A DNA stretch of 64,000 nucleotides, from NCBI GenBank assembly GCA_004431415.1, contig QPMI01000502.1, positions 62,001 through 126,000 on the forward strand, in the 5' to 3' direction. Origin of the DNA: Cyanophora paradoxa CCMP329 (lineage: Eukaryota > Plantae > Glaucophyta). A program made the translations under genes and the position numbers. A model generated the notes under the pieces. It saw nothing but the letters and a program-made list of their open reading frames with translations. It did not search any database and had not been told where the DNA came from. Positions within the stretch are counted from its first letter, which is position 1; each line of letters starts with the position of its first letter. This document shows, in pieces, positions 1 to 10,483 of this stretch.

Positions 1-390
1 CCAGCCATCGATCTGCGGCGCTATTGATCAGTGCCTCGTTTCGCATGCAAGCTACAGCGCAGCTGCAGCACGCGCTGCGGACCTGATACTGATACTTGAA
101 CACAATGAAGATGAGAACGACCATCACAGTGTAGAATGCGATGTCCAGCTTCGTCGACAACCGCATCCCCTCCGGCCTCGCCTGCGCATGCAGGGCGTCG
201 ACCCACGAAGCGCCACCTGCATGAGGCGCACCTCTTTCATCTGCATGATTCTCTGCTTCAGCTCAGCGAGGCTCTGCTTCTCCTCCTCCAACTCCCTGTC
301 GAGCTCTGAGTTGCGGCTGGATACCGCCGCTGGTGCCAGATCTTGACCCTCCGCTCCATCGCCGGTATCATTCTCTCGCCTGCGCCGCAT
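1..390 (-). CDS. Small coiled-coil protein with a transmembrane helix (3' end runs off the window)
   Basis: ATG at 390; exon 1 MRRRREND...ELEEEKQSLAELKQRIMQMKE; phase-0 GT-AG intron (231-182) joins to ARPEGMRLSTKLDIAFYTVMVVLIFIVFKYQYQ (hydrophobic helix); next GT-AG intron ends near 13. Confidence 0.6.
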
Positions 391-533
391 GTTCGAGAGG
401 CGGCGCACCGGGCGCAACTTTACCCGGGTACAGTCCCTTCAGCTATTCACAGCAGCCAGCAACAACCTCGGATCTACAGCAGCGGCGCGAGCTATTGCAG
501 TCCCGGAGGGTGTGGGAGAGCGCGTAGATCACG

Positions 534-3490
534 ATGTCCGACGCGGGAGAGGATGAGGGTCCTCAGCCCATTGCGGTACTTGTGCTCGGCATCTTAGCAT
601 GGCGTCCAGCGCTCACAGCGGGCCGCGCAGGAGTACGAGGGCCCCAGGAACGACCTAGGCGAGCGCCACGGGCTGGGCAAGACGAAGTACCCGAACGGTG
701 CGACGGCCGGAGCGCTGCGGCGGCGAAGCGCGCTGACCAGGCGGACGCAGGCGACGTGTACGAGGGGCAGTATGTGAACGGCCTCAAGGAAGGCAAGGGC
801 AAGTACATATACAAGCTGAAGGAGAAGATGACGGTGCAAGCGTACTATGAAGGAGACTGGGTCGCTGGGAAGAAGCAGGGCCACGGAACTTTCTTCTTTG
901 AGAACGGCGGCAAGTACATCGGTGAGCGGGAGGCAAGATTGCCTTAGCTTTGGATGCCGCGCGCTCAAGCTACCCGCAGGCGAGTTCGCAGAGGACCAAA
1001 GGCACGGCCAAGGCACCTACGAGTATCCGAACGGCGACATTTACACAGGCCTGTGGGCGCGGGGGAAGAAGCACGGCCCTGGGAAGTACTACTGCAAGGC
1101 CAACAGCTCGACGGTGCGCGCCTGCGACCAAGCCGCGCCCCGGCCCGCTTGGCTGACGTGCCTGCGCGCCCTGCAGTTCGAGGGCCACTGGTTCAACGGG
1201 CAGTTCCGCAGCGGCGAGTGGCTCGCGCACAAGGACAAGTACAAGGGCTCTTTCCAGACCGACAAGCCGGTCCGCGCCGCGCCGCGGGCCTTCCGGTTCC
1301 TTTTCCTTCCTCGGCGCCGACGGGGCGGCAGATCGGGCGGGGCCACTACACGTTCTCGAACGGGAACGCGCAAGAGGGGACGTACCAGGTGACGAAGAAA
1401 GTGGTGAACGAGGAGGACCCCGAGGCGGAGGGCGCCACGGTGGAGGAGCTCAAGTGGAACGGCCGGCCCGTCGTCTCCCACCGTGCGCCCGTCTCCCGCC
1501 CGCCCGGCGCCGGCTGCCCGCGCGGGCAGGCCCGCTGAGGGCGGGCGGCGCGGCGCAGAGCTGGACGACGGGACGCTGCCGCCGGGGGTGGACGAGGACG
1601 AGTCGGCGGAGTGGGGCAAGGACCCGCACAGCTTCATCCAGGCCCGCTTCGAGCGCTACGGCTCCGTCTTCCGCACCCGCGTGCGCCCCCGCCCCACCCC
1701 GCCCCGCCGCCCGCGCCCGCTGCAGGGCGCCGACGCCGCCGCCCCTGCCGGCGCAGGTCCACGGCACGCCGGCGATCGGCCTTGTGGGCCCCGCCAAGTA
1801 CCAGCTCTCCCTCGACAGCAGCCAGTTCACCCGGGAGGACGCCTACCCCGCCGGCTTCTCCGAGGCGCGCCGGCCCCCGCCCCCCGCCCCCCCTCCCCCT
1901 CACGAAGTCCGCCTCCGTTGACGAGGCGCCGCGCGCTGTGCAGCTGCTGAACGGGCAGGCGTGCGCGCTGCTGAACGGGCCGGACCACACGCGGCGGAAG
2001 GCGGTGCTGATGAAGGCCTTCGCGGCGGAGCGGATCCCGTCGTTCCTGGCGGCGTTCGACAAGGCGTTCGCGGCGCGGGCCAAGGGCTGGGAGGCGGCGG
2101 CGACGATCACGATGAAGGACGAGGCGGCGGCGCTGATGCAGGAGGTGGGCATGAAGCTCTTCTTCGGCTACCACGACGCGCAGTCGCTCGAGCACGTCGC
2201 CGAGCTCTACGCCGTCTGGGGCAAGGGCCTCTTCGCCAAGCAGACCTCCGCCGCCTTCGCCGCGGCCGTCAAGGCCCGCGACGAGCTCCTCGAGCTCCTC
2301 GCCTGGTCCCTCAAGACCCACGCGGAGGGCAAGTTCCCCGCCTGGCGGCCCCTGCCGCCGCCCCCGGAGCCCACCGCCGAGGAGGCGGCTCCCGAGGCGG
2401 CCCCCGAGGCGGCCCCCGAGGCGGCCCCCGCGGAGGTGCCGGCGGAGGGCGAGGCGCCGGCGGAGGGGCGGAGGGCCAGCCGGCCGCCATCCCGAGGGCG
2501 ACGAGGAGGCGGCGGCGGCAGCGGCGGCGGCGGGGCGCCGGGCGAGGCAGCCCCGCCGCGGAGGCGGCACCGGAGGCGCCGGCAGAGGCGGCGGAGCCGC
2601 CGCCGCCGCCGCCGCCGCCGCGGACGCTGTTCACGGAGGACGAGCTGCCGCCGCCGGTGCCGGAGGGCGGCGAGGCGGGGGCGGAGGGCGGGGCGGAGCC
2701 GGCGGAGCCGCCGCCGGAGCTGGCGGAGGGGGAGGAGCCGCCGCCGCCGCCCCCGAAGCCGGCGCCGGAGCCGAAGGACGACTTCGTGCTGCACCTGGCG
2801 GCGGCGGCGGTGGCGGCGGGGGCGGACCCCGAGAGCCTGGCGCCGGAGCTGCTCTTCCTCTACACGGGCTGCGCGGGGTCGCTGCGGGCGAGCCTCGTCT
2901 GGCTGGGCCTCGCCCTCGCCCAGAACGAGGCGGTGCTGAAGAAGGCCCAGGCGGAGGTCCTGCGCGTCTCGCCCGCGGGGCCCGTCACCCCGGAGGCGAT
3001 GGAGCAGCTGCGCGTGTGCGAGCAGGTCACGCGGGAGGTGCGGCGGCGGTACCCCATCATGCCGGCCCAGACGTACCGCACGGCGCGCGAGGCCGTCCCC
3101 GTGGACCGCTTCACCATCCCCAAGGGCTGGCTCGTCATCGCCGCCATCACGGCCGTCCACATGGACCTCTCCTCGTGGAGCAAGCCGGAGGAGTTCGACT
3201 ACACGCGCTTCGAGCCGATGCGCGACTCGGCGCGCCCGCCGGGCTCGTACGTGCCGCACGGGGGCGGCGAGATGGCCTCGACGCACCGCTGCCCCGCGGA
3301 GGAGCTCGTGACGGGGGCGATGAAGCTGCTGGCCGTGCACATGCTGCGCACCTACAGCCTGGCCCTCGAGGAGGAGCAGCCGCTGGAGCTCGAGAAGGGG
3401 GCGGGGCGCTTCCCCCTGCCCCAGTCCGGCGTCCGCATCACCGTCGCCCGCCTGCCCCAGGAGGAGGGCGAGGGCGGCGAGGCCGCGTAG
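534..3490 (+). CDS. RSPH1: Radial spoke head protein 1 (MORN repeats) fused in frame to an atypical CYP152-like cytochrome P450
   Basis: Exons 534-575, 631-697, 751-921, 980-1113, 1177-1269, 1332-1482, 1559-1680, 1757-1864, 1944-3490. N-half [28 protein letters not shown]...KWNG is colinear with RSPH1 as I recall it. C-half has EVRR (ExxR), WSKPEEFDYTRF and HGGGEMASTHRCPAE (heme Cys 3290-3292). One apparent frameshift in the Pro/Glu/Ala tract ~2460-2560, likely a homopolymer error. The symbol refers to the N-terminal module. Confidence 0.8.
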
Positions 3491-3771
3491 CCGCAGCCGC
3501 TCTGTGCACGGTAGATGTGCTGAAGAGTGCAGGGACCGACAGTCCGCCGCCTCCAGTGCTCGCGAGGGGCAGCGTGCGCCGCTCTCTGCTCTTTGGTGCT
3601 ATGGCTACTAGGCTAGTGACTTGCACGGGCCCCGGGGTTGGTGCACGTGCAACGTATACGTAGGGTCGCCATATATACTACTATACTAACTGCAAGGGTT
3701 GGATCATCTTGGATGTAGTATATATATCAAGCAAGAGGGGAGCGGGAACTCCGAGGGCGCTAGCGAGGGAG

Positions 3772-4700
3772 CTAGACGCGGCTGGTGCCGGCGGGGGCGG
3801 AGCTGCTGGAGCCACCGCCCTTCACGGCGCCCTTCACGGCGCCTGTGATCGTCCCGAGCATGCCCTTTGCAGAGCTCGTCGCGCCGTCGACGCCAACGAC
3901 GCTCGCCGGCGAGAGGAAATGCGCGGCCGCGTAAATCAAGCCAGAGGCGAGGAATATGATTGCGCAGATGACGGTGATCCCGGCGATGCGACCGCCTGGC
4001 GCCGACGTCAGGGCGGCGCGCGCAGGGTCGACGTCTGACGCCCGCACCACCGAAGAAGATGGGGAGGGAAGCCACCGCGTACGCCCCGCCGCGAATAAGA
4101 AGGGACTGAGCATGCGGCGCGGTGGGATCGGATCGCGTGGTGGGATCGGATCGCGTGGCGTGGCGGGGCTTCTGCGGGAGTGTATATATGCGGACCTGCA
4201 GCTTCGCCTTCTCAAGGAGCAGTTTTTCGAACGCTCCACATGGCGGGATGCTCTCGCTCAGCACGAAGCTGAACTGTTTCCAGTTAAGCGCGGGCCAAAA
4301 GGGCAGGACCGGGACAATGCGAGCTCATGTACCTCTATGGGCACGAGAACTACGAGCAGGAGGCAGCAGTAGATAGTAATGGCCCAAATGCCGAAGATCG
4401 AAGTGATGCCCCCTATCAGAACCGCTGCGCATGCGCGAATTCAGAGTCGCACGCCGAGGGCCCGAGGCCCCTTCTAGCACCACTCGGGCCTCGGCGCATT
4501 ACGCTATGAAATGCGCTCCAGCTAAGCGCGCTAGAGGAGCAGAGAGGCCTGCGGCGGCGGCCCCACGATCTGCGACGCATCTAGCTAACGCGCCCCGTAC
4601 GCATCGCACCGACTGCTCCCGCGCGACCAGTGTAGGGCGAGACCTTCTTTATGAGCGAGCCGAACTTGAAGGCCTGGGTGCCCAGACTTAAAAAGTTCAT
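3772..4700 (-). CDS. Flower/CACFD1/TVP18-like small multi-pass membrane protein
   Basis: Spliced MNFLSLGTQAFKFGSLIKK...GITSIFGIWAITIYCCLLLVVLVPIE|FSFVLSESIPPCGAFEKLLLEKAKLQ|SLLIRGGAYAVASLPIFFG|GGRIAGITVICAIIFLASGLIYAAAHFL. The TM-E...RxxxY...TM pattern resembles this family. Second exon unresolved. Confidence 0.5.
4121..4158. repeat. Intronic tandem repeat, GGTGGGATCGGATCGCGT x2
   Basis: Two adjacent exact 18-bp copies. Confidence 0.85.
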
Positions 4701-5670
4701 CGCCGAAGCTGAAATCGGTGCTGCAGGACGAGAAGGCGGCGGTCGGGCGACGGGGGCGACAAAGGGTTCGCGGCTTTTTTTTCGCGGGCTGTCTGGCGGG
4801 GTACGCAGCCAACTTGCGAATTCGAAAAGATTTCGCATAGAAAGCAGCCAGACGGGGCGCCTCGTGATTCTGTGCATCTACGCAGCGTCTCGTGATAGAC
4901 GGTGCATCCTCACCAGCGGGTTTCCGGGTCAGCGCCTCGACCGATTGCGCGGCGGCTTGGCCACTCTCCACCGACCTGGCCCGCTGGAACGGCGCGCGAG
5001 TTATCCCAGATTTCAACTGGAGACCCGCAGAAGTCTCCCCGCGGTGACAGCCAAGCCAAGCAAAGTTCGGGCGCTGGTCGGGCGGGATGGACAGTAGCGG
5101 GGCTCACAACCCGCTAGAGTTCCTCGCAATCGCCGCATCTAGCCCATCTGCGAACGGCGCATCAGCAGCCGGACAGCAGTCTCCGAATCACCGGTTGGGC
5201 TTGCAGTCTCCGTCGAGAGGGCCGACAATCTTGAAGAGGAGAACGCATGATGGGTGCGTTTTTGAGCCGTCGAAACCCCTTGACCGGCAACGCTGACTGC
5301 CGCACAGTGCCAGTCCAGCGAAGAACCTCGCGGCCGCTGGTTTCGTGCGCACTCGTGGCTTAGATCGGCTCCGATCAGTCATGCTGACCCTCCCCCGCAA
5401 ACGCCCCAGGCATCGCCAACGAAGCCCAGTCCGAAGCACGCAGCAGGTTCGCGATTCGATTTGAGTCGCTTTCCTTTGGCTAGCGGCGGGCCCGATCTTG
5501 GCGGGCGGCATCGTTCGTACTGCATCCCTAACACTCTTAAAAGAAGCATCTGGGCCCCGTCCGCCCGAGCGGGTTCTGTGTTGCCCACCCCGGGATTCAA
5601 ACTGAGCAGACGAGTGCGCCCTCCCACAGCCGCGCCGGCTGACCGCGTCCTTTGTGCAGGCGAGTACGCG

Positions 5671-6889
5671 ATGGAGAATGGCAAGGAAGAAGACAGTGTT
5701 GCGGGCTCTGTAAGGAAACGAAGAAAGGCTCTCGAGAATGGGTCCCCGATCAAGGCCGAGGCCGGCGACGAGGAGGACGGCGGTGCGGCTCTCGTCTCTG
5801 CCCCTTCCGCATGTAGAAAGTGTGTCGCTAATGAAAGCGTGCAGCCCAGAGCAGGGTTCGGAAGACACCGACAAAGCAAAAGGTCGAAGCCGCGTCCCCC
5901 GGTGTGCTGCTTCAGCGGCTGATGCTGGGCCAGCAGTCCTTGTTTTCAAGCCCAACGAAACCGCACATAAACGGACATGCATCTCTAGGTGTGCATTCGC
6001 GCTGTTGCGATACGCCCCTGCCGCCCGTCTTAAGGGCGGTGCAGTGCCCCCATCCCCAGGCAAGCCCCCGCTCCCGCCTTCGCCCGGAGCGAGAAGGAGG
6101 CAGCTCACGCCGGACGAGACGTTGATCCAGGTACCCCTCCCTGCCCGCCGGTACCCCGCCTGCAGCTGAAAGGCCGCAGGCGCGGAGGGAGGCCAGCGAC
6201 TATGCTGGGGACCTGGCGCGCTTGGCGGGCGTGCTGCACGCTATCGCCGGCAGCCTAAAGGACGTGCTCTCGACGCAGGAGAAGGTTCGCCCGGCTCGAC
6301 TCCCCCGCCGCGCCGCGCCCGCCCGGCCTTGCCGAGCCCGGCCGCAGATCTACGCACTGGACAGGGAAGCCCCCGCACCGTCGGCTCTGCCCCCGCCGTC
6401 GGCGCCGGCGCCGCTGCAGCTCGGGGCGATCCGGGCGGGGCCGGGGCCGGCGCCGGGATCGCCTGTGCCGCCGGGGGCGTCGGTGCCAGGGGCGGGGCCG
6501 CTGGCGGGGCCGGGCCCGGCGCCCTCGGCCTCGGCGGTGGCGTTCCACGTGCACAGCGCGCCGCCGGGGCACGGGCACCCGCTGGAGGGCATCGCGGGGG
6601 TCGTCCAGGGGCCCTCGCCCCCGCCGCCCCGCCGCGGACGGCCCCCGGGGCGGTGCTGCACGAGCCGAGCGAGGCGGCGGCGCTGCAGGCGCAGGCGGCC
6701 CAGCAGCGGGCGGAGCTGCTCCCCGAGGTGCGGCAGCGGCTGGCGAGCCTGACGCGCGAGCTCGCCGAGAAGCGCGCCCTCCTCTCCTCCCTCAAGGACG
6801 CCTACCAGGCCGGCGCCCTCCGCGTCGGCGGCGTCCCCGCCGGCATGGCCCCCCTCCCGCAGCCTCCCCCGTCCCCCCAAAAGCAGTAG
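5671..6889 (+). CDS. Hypothetical protein, Pro/Ala-rich with C-terminal coiled coil and NLS-like RKRRK
   Basis: ATG 5671 (MENGKEEDSVAGSVRKRRK); GT-AG introns near 5882, 5989, 6131 and 6285; last exon ...QRLASLTRELAEKRALLSSLKDAYQAG...QKQ stop 6889. Confidence 0.5.
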
Positions 6890-7183
6890 TCCCCTCCTTA
6901 TTCCCCGCCGCCCCTCCCTAGCCCCCCGCCTCTCGGTTACTGTAAAGAGCCCCCCGCCGCCCCTCTTGGGCGACGTTCTCCATTTCTCCCATTTTTTTCA
7001 GTCTTTGGACATACGATAGTAAGGAATTGAGATGATGGTCAAAGCAGAGGCGGCGCGCGGGCTGGGGAGGAACGGCCCGGGGGGAGGGTAGTACTTCCTC
7101 GCCCCCACGGCGCAGCCCCACGCTCCCGGCCCTTATTGACCCTACTAGCCTAGTGTCCGGTTTTCCACTCTCCTAGCACTAGT

Positions 7184-7590
7184 ACTGCGGCACCTAGGCC
7201 TCGATTGCAAACCCCAAATTCAAGTTTTAACGTTAATATAACTCCCCATGGCCACGACCTCTCCGAGCTCCCATCCCTCCCGCCCCTCCCCGCACCCCAC
7301 CCACCCGAGCCCGGTGACCCTTTTGCAGTCCAGCGGCGAGGGTCAGCCTGCGAATTATGAGACTCTGAAATAATACCGGACGTGCTATAGCTGCAGGGTC
7401 ACTGCAGTACTTGTCTTACAGCATGCGCTGGCGCACTGCGGCACCTCGATTGCAAACCCCAAACAAAATTAAAGTTCTAGCCCCCCACGACCTCCCCCAC
7501 CCCTCCCACACCTCGCCCCCACCCCTCCCCGCACCCGTCCACACCCCTATAGCTAGGCCTGCTGCAGTCCAGCGGCGCCGCGGCGAGGGC
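7184..7590. repeat. Degenerate direct repeat, two ~160-bp units (7184-7345, 7435-7590)
   Basis: Both read CTGCGGCACCT..CGATTGCAAACCCCAAA...CCACGACCTC...CCCTCCCCGCACCC...TGCAGTCCAGCGGCG; they differ by short palindromic insertions. Confidence 0.8.
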
Positions 7591-7617
7591 CAAGCCCCCA
7601 GCACCGGCTTATGATCG

Positions 7618-7932
7618 TTAGTAGCTGTAAAACTGCAGTGCAAGGCCCCGGCGCCGGCTGTACTGCGCGGCGAACTCGAGGAACGCCGCGCGCTTCAGCC
7701 GCCGGCGCGCGGAGCTCGAGAGCGACATCAGCTCGCGCCCTTGTCTTTCCATTTCCGCCTCGCTAAGCTCAGCATGCTGATTTCGATCATGATCAGCTGC
7801 AGGAACCACTCCCTTGGGCGACGCGAGCCGACGGCCGACGTCGACGTAGAAGCTCATGATCAGGGCGCAGAGAGCAACTGCAATGACTAGGCCGACGGAG
7901 AGCGCCGGATAAGTCATGTCCCACGCCCACAT
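7618..7932 (-). CDS. Possible small single-exon protein with N-terminal hydrophobic helix
   Basis: 104-aa ATG ORF with LSVGLVIAVALCALIMSFYV; no recognisable family; lies in repeat-rich spacer. Confidence 0.3.
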   Translation of the reverse strand: MWAWDMTYPALSVGLVIAVALCALIMSFYVDVGRRLASPKGVVPAADHDRNQHAELSEAEMERQGRELMSLSSSARRRLKRAAFLEFAAQYSRRRGLALQFYSY

Positions 7933-8433
7933 CCCCGATCGTTGGTCTCAGCTCTGACGTGACGTACGCGTTCTCGGCCTCCGATCCGCGCCACTAGTAC
8001 TAGTACTCCTGCGACTGTTGGGGAGCTCGAGCTTGCTCAGCTTTAGATACCGTAGTACAGCTATAGCCGGCGCGTCTTCAGCTTCAGCTTAGCCTATAGC
8101 TATAGTCGCTGCTACCGGCAACTGCTTCAACTGCTGCAACTTTGTACCCCGGACCAGCGGCCGTCACCGAGCCCATATATATGGTTCGTCACGGGCCGTG
8201 ACCGGGCCGTCACGGCCGAGCGTGCGATACCAGAGCCCATATGCATGCGTACGTCAGTAATAATACAAGGAATTGACCATGAGATGGTCATGATCGTGAT
8301 CAGAAGCAGAGGCGGTGGGTGCGGGAGGGATCGGGGGCCGGGGTCATGATCAGGGGATGCAGTTATGCGCGCGCGCCGCGGACGGGGCGGGGGCGGGGAG
8401 TGGGGGCAGAGCAGCCTTGCAAACGGTGGAGGC

Positions 8434-10360
8434 CTACGTGAGCTTCTGGCGCTTCTTGCCCTTGGCGCCGCTGGATTCCGCGTCCGAGCCGGCCGCGGGG
8501 CCCTCCCCGCCGGGCCCCCACATGCAGAGCCGCCCGTCCTCTCCCCCCGTGACCATCACCGGCTGCGCGGGCGCCGCGCCGGCGCGGTCAGCGGGGCGTG
8601 GGGGGGAGGGGCGGGGGGCGGGGGCCGGGCGGACGAGGCCGGGGAGCCAGGCGGCGCGGCGGACGGTGGCCTCGTGCCCCCCGGAGAGGAGCTGGAGGGG
8701 CTCGAGGGCGCCCCGGCGCACGCGGCTCAGCACGAGCCCGCCCTCCGAGTTGCCGGCGAGCAGCAGCAGGTCCAGCCCCGCCGTCTGGTGCCCCCCGACC
8801 ACGTACTCCACGAGGGCCCCCGCCTCCTCCGCGGGGGCCGCGAAGGCCGCCCCCGTCTCCCGCTGCAGCCGCCCCGCCCCGCGCGAGAGCTCCCCCCGCG
8901 CGTCCTCGAAGTGCGCCACACGCTCCTCCTGCGCCCGCGCCCCGCGTCGGCGTCGGCTGGGGAGGGGGAGGGGCGAGGGGGGCACGCCGGCGCGCCTCCC
9001 GGGCGTTCCACACGGAGAAGGTCTCCGTCTCGCTCGTGACCCCTGCGGCCGGCCGTCAGGTATGAGGGGTACACGGCAGAACCGCGGGGCGCACAGAGGA
9101 ACTCGTTCGCCGCGCCGAAGACGCCGAGGTCGGCCACGTGCTGCACCTCGTTGAAGACTGCGGCGAAAGCCGGGTCGGGTGTGTGTGTGGGGGGGGGGGG
9201 GGGGGGGTAACGGGTCAGAGGGAAACCGGGAGGGGGGGGGGGGGGGGGGGGGCACCAGACTGGAGGCAGTCGTCCTCGTCGGCGATGGAGAGGTCGAAGA
9301 GGCAGATGAGGCCGTCCTCTGCGGGGTACCGGTGAATCGGGGGGGACGGGGGAGCTGGGGGGGCAGGGGCGCGCCGTCGCCGGTGACGAGGACGGAGGGG
9401 GAGCCGCCGTGGAAGAGGACCTGCGCGAGGTTGAGGGGTGCGGGGGTCGGGGCGGGCGCCAGGCGCCCCTCACCCTCGTGACGGGCTCTGTGAAGGCCTC
9501 CGTGAGGACCCGCGAGGCCTCGCCGGGCCCGCCCCGCAGGTCCCTGCGCGGCGCGGCGCGGCCCGCTCACGGGCGGGAGGGGCGCTGAGGCGCGAGGCCG
9601 GGGGCACCAAAGCTTGACGGAGGCGTTAGAGGAGGCGGCGAGGGTCCGGTCATCCCCCGACAGGCTGCAGCTCAGGACCTCGTCCCCCACTGCCGCCCCC
9701 CGCCCCGCGCCGCGTGAGCACCGGGCGCGGGCGCAGCACCGCCGCGCCGAGAGCTCCGGCGCGAGTGCGCTCACACGCACCGTCGTAGGTCGCCACGCAG
9801 TCGCCGCTCCGCCTGTCCCAGCACTGCAGGCAGCGTCGACGTCAGCGCTAGCGGGCGCCTCCGTCGCGATCGCAAGGCCGCAGGGAGGTCCCCGAGCGAC
9901 GCTAGCTACGCAGCTTCACCGAGGAAGCTGCGCGGCGCGCGAGCGCGGCGCACCTTGACGGTACGGTCCAGCGAGCACGAGTAGAGGAGGTCCGCCTGCG
10001 CGGGCGCTTAGCTGCGCGGGGCGCGGCCAAGCTGCGGCGCGCTGGACCTGCGTGTTCGCGAAATGTAGCTCGCTGATGCGCTGCTCGTGCGCGCTGCTCA
10101 GCTCGGAAGTGAGCGCGAGGTGCTCGGCCGCGAAGAGCTTGATGGTGTTGGAGGAGAGCGCCGCGGCGATGCTGTGCGAGCTGTGGCCAGGGCCCGTGCA
10201 GGCTAGACTGAGCACCTGCGACGCGCGGCGTGAGCAGGCGAGCGCTTGGGGCGCACAGAGCACGCACATAGAGATCCTGCTTTCTGCGCTTCCCTCCGGA
10301 TCCGTCCACCAGGTCGTTGTCCAACTGCGCCCGGAGACGCAGCGGCGGCAGGGCGGCCAT
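8434..10360 (-). CDS. WDR89: WD40-repeat protein, WDR89-like
   Basis: Spliced segments IAAALSSNTIKLF, HEQRISELHF, LYSCSLDRTVK, LVTG..DGLICLFDLSIADEDDCLQS, SETETFSVW, GGHEATVRRAAW, MVTGGEDGRLCMW; ATG 10360, stop 8434. Confidence 0.75.
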
Positions 10361-10483
10361 CTGGCGGTAATGCCTTCGCGAGAGTCGAACCCCCGTATTA
10401 CGAAAGGTCGGCGTCTCGAACCACGCTGGCGCCATGGACACGCACGGCGAGGCGCTTCAGAGGGCTGGCTGAGCTTGGCTCGA

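Noticed and set aside
2340-2775. Frameshift between the two halves of the P450 as programmed frameshift or pseudogene
   Set aside because: It lies in G/C-run low-complexity sequence, and the assembly demonstrably has homopolymer indel errors.
5245-5300. Possible C/D box snoRNA (ATGATGG...CTGA)
   Set aside because: Imperfect C box, very short, only a 3-bp terminal stem, no identifiable guide.
8150-8245. Hairpin CCGTGAC...GTCACGG as a Helitron 3' end
   Set aside because: No CTRR-T end at a suitable distance and no matching 5' terminus found.
10375-10435. tRNA-like GGTTCGA motifs on the minus strand in the WDR89/RAD51D spacer
   Set aside because: Two B-box-like words but no T-stem, acceptor stem or cloverleaf can be formed.
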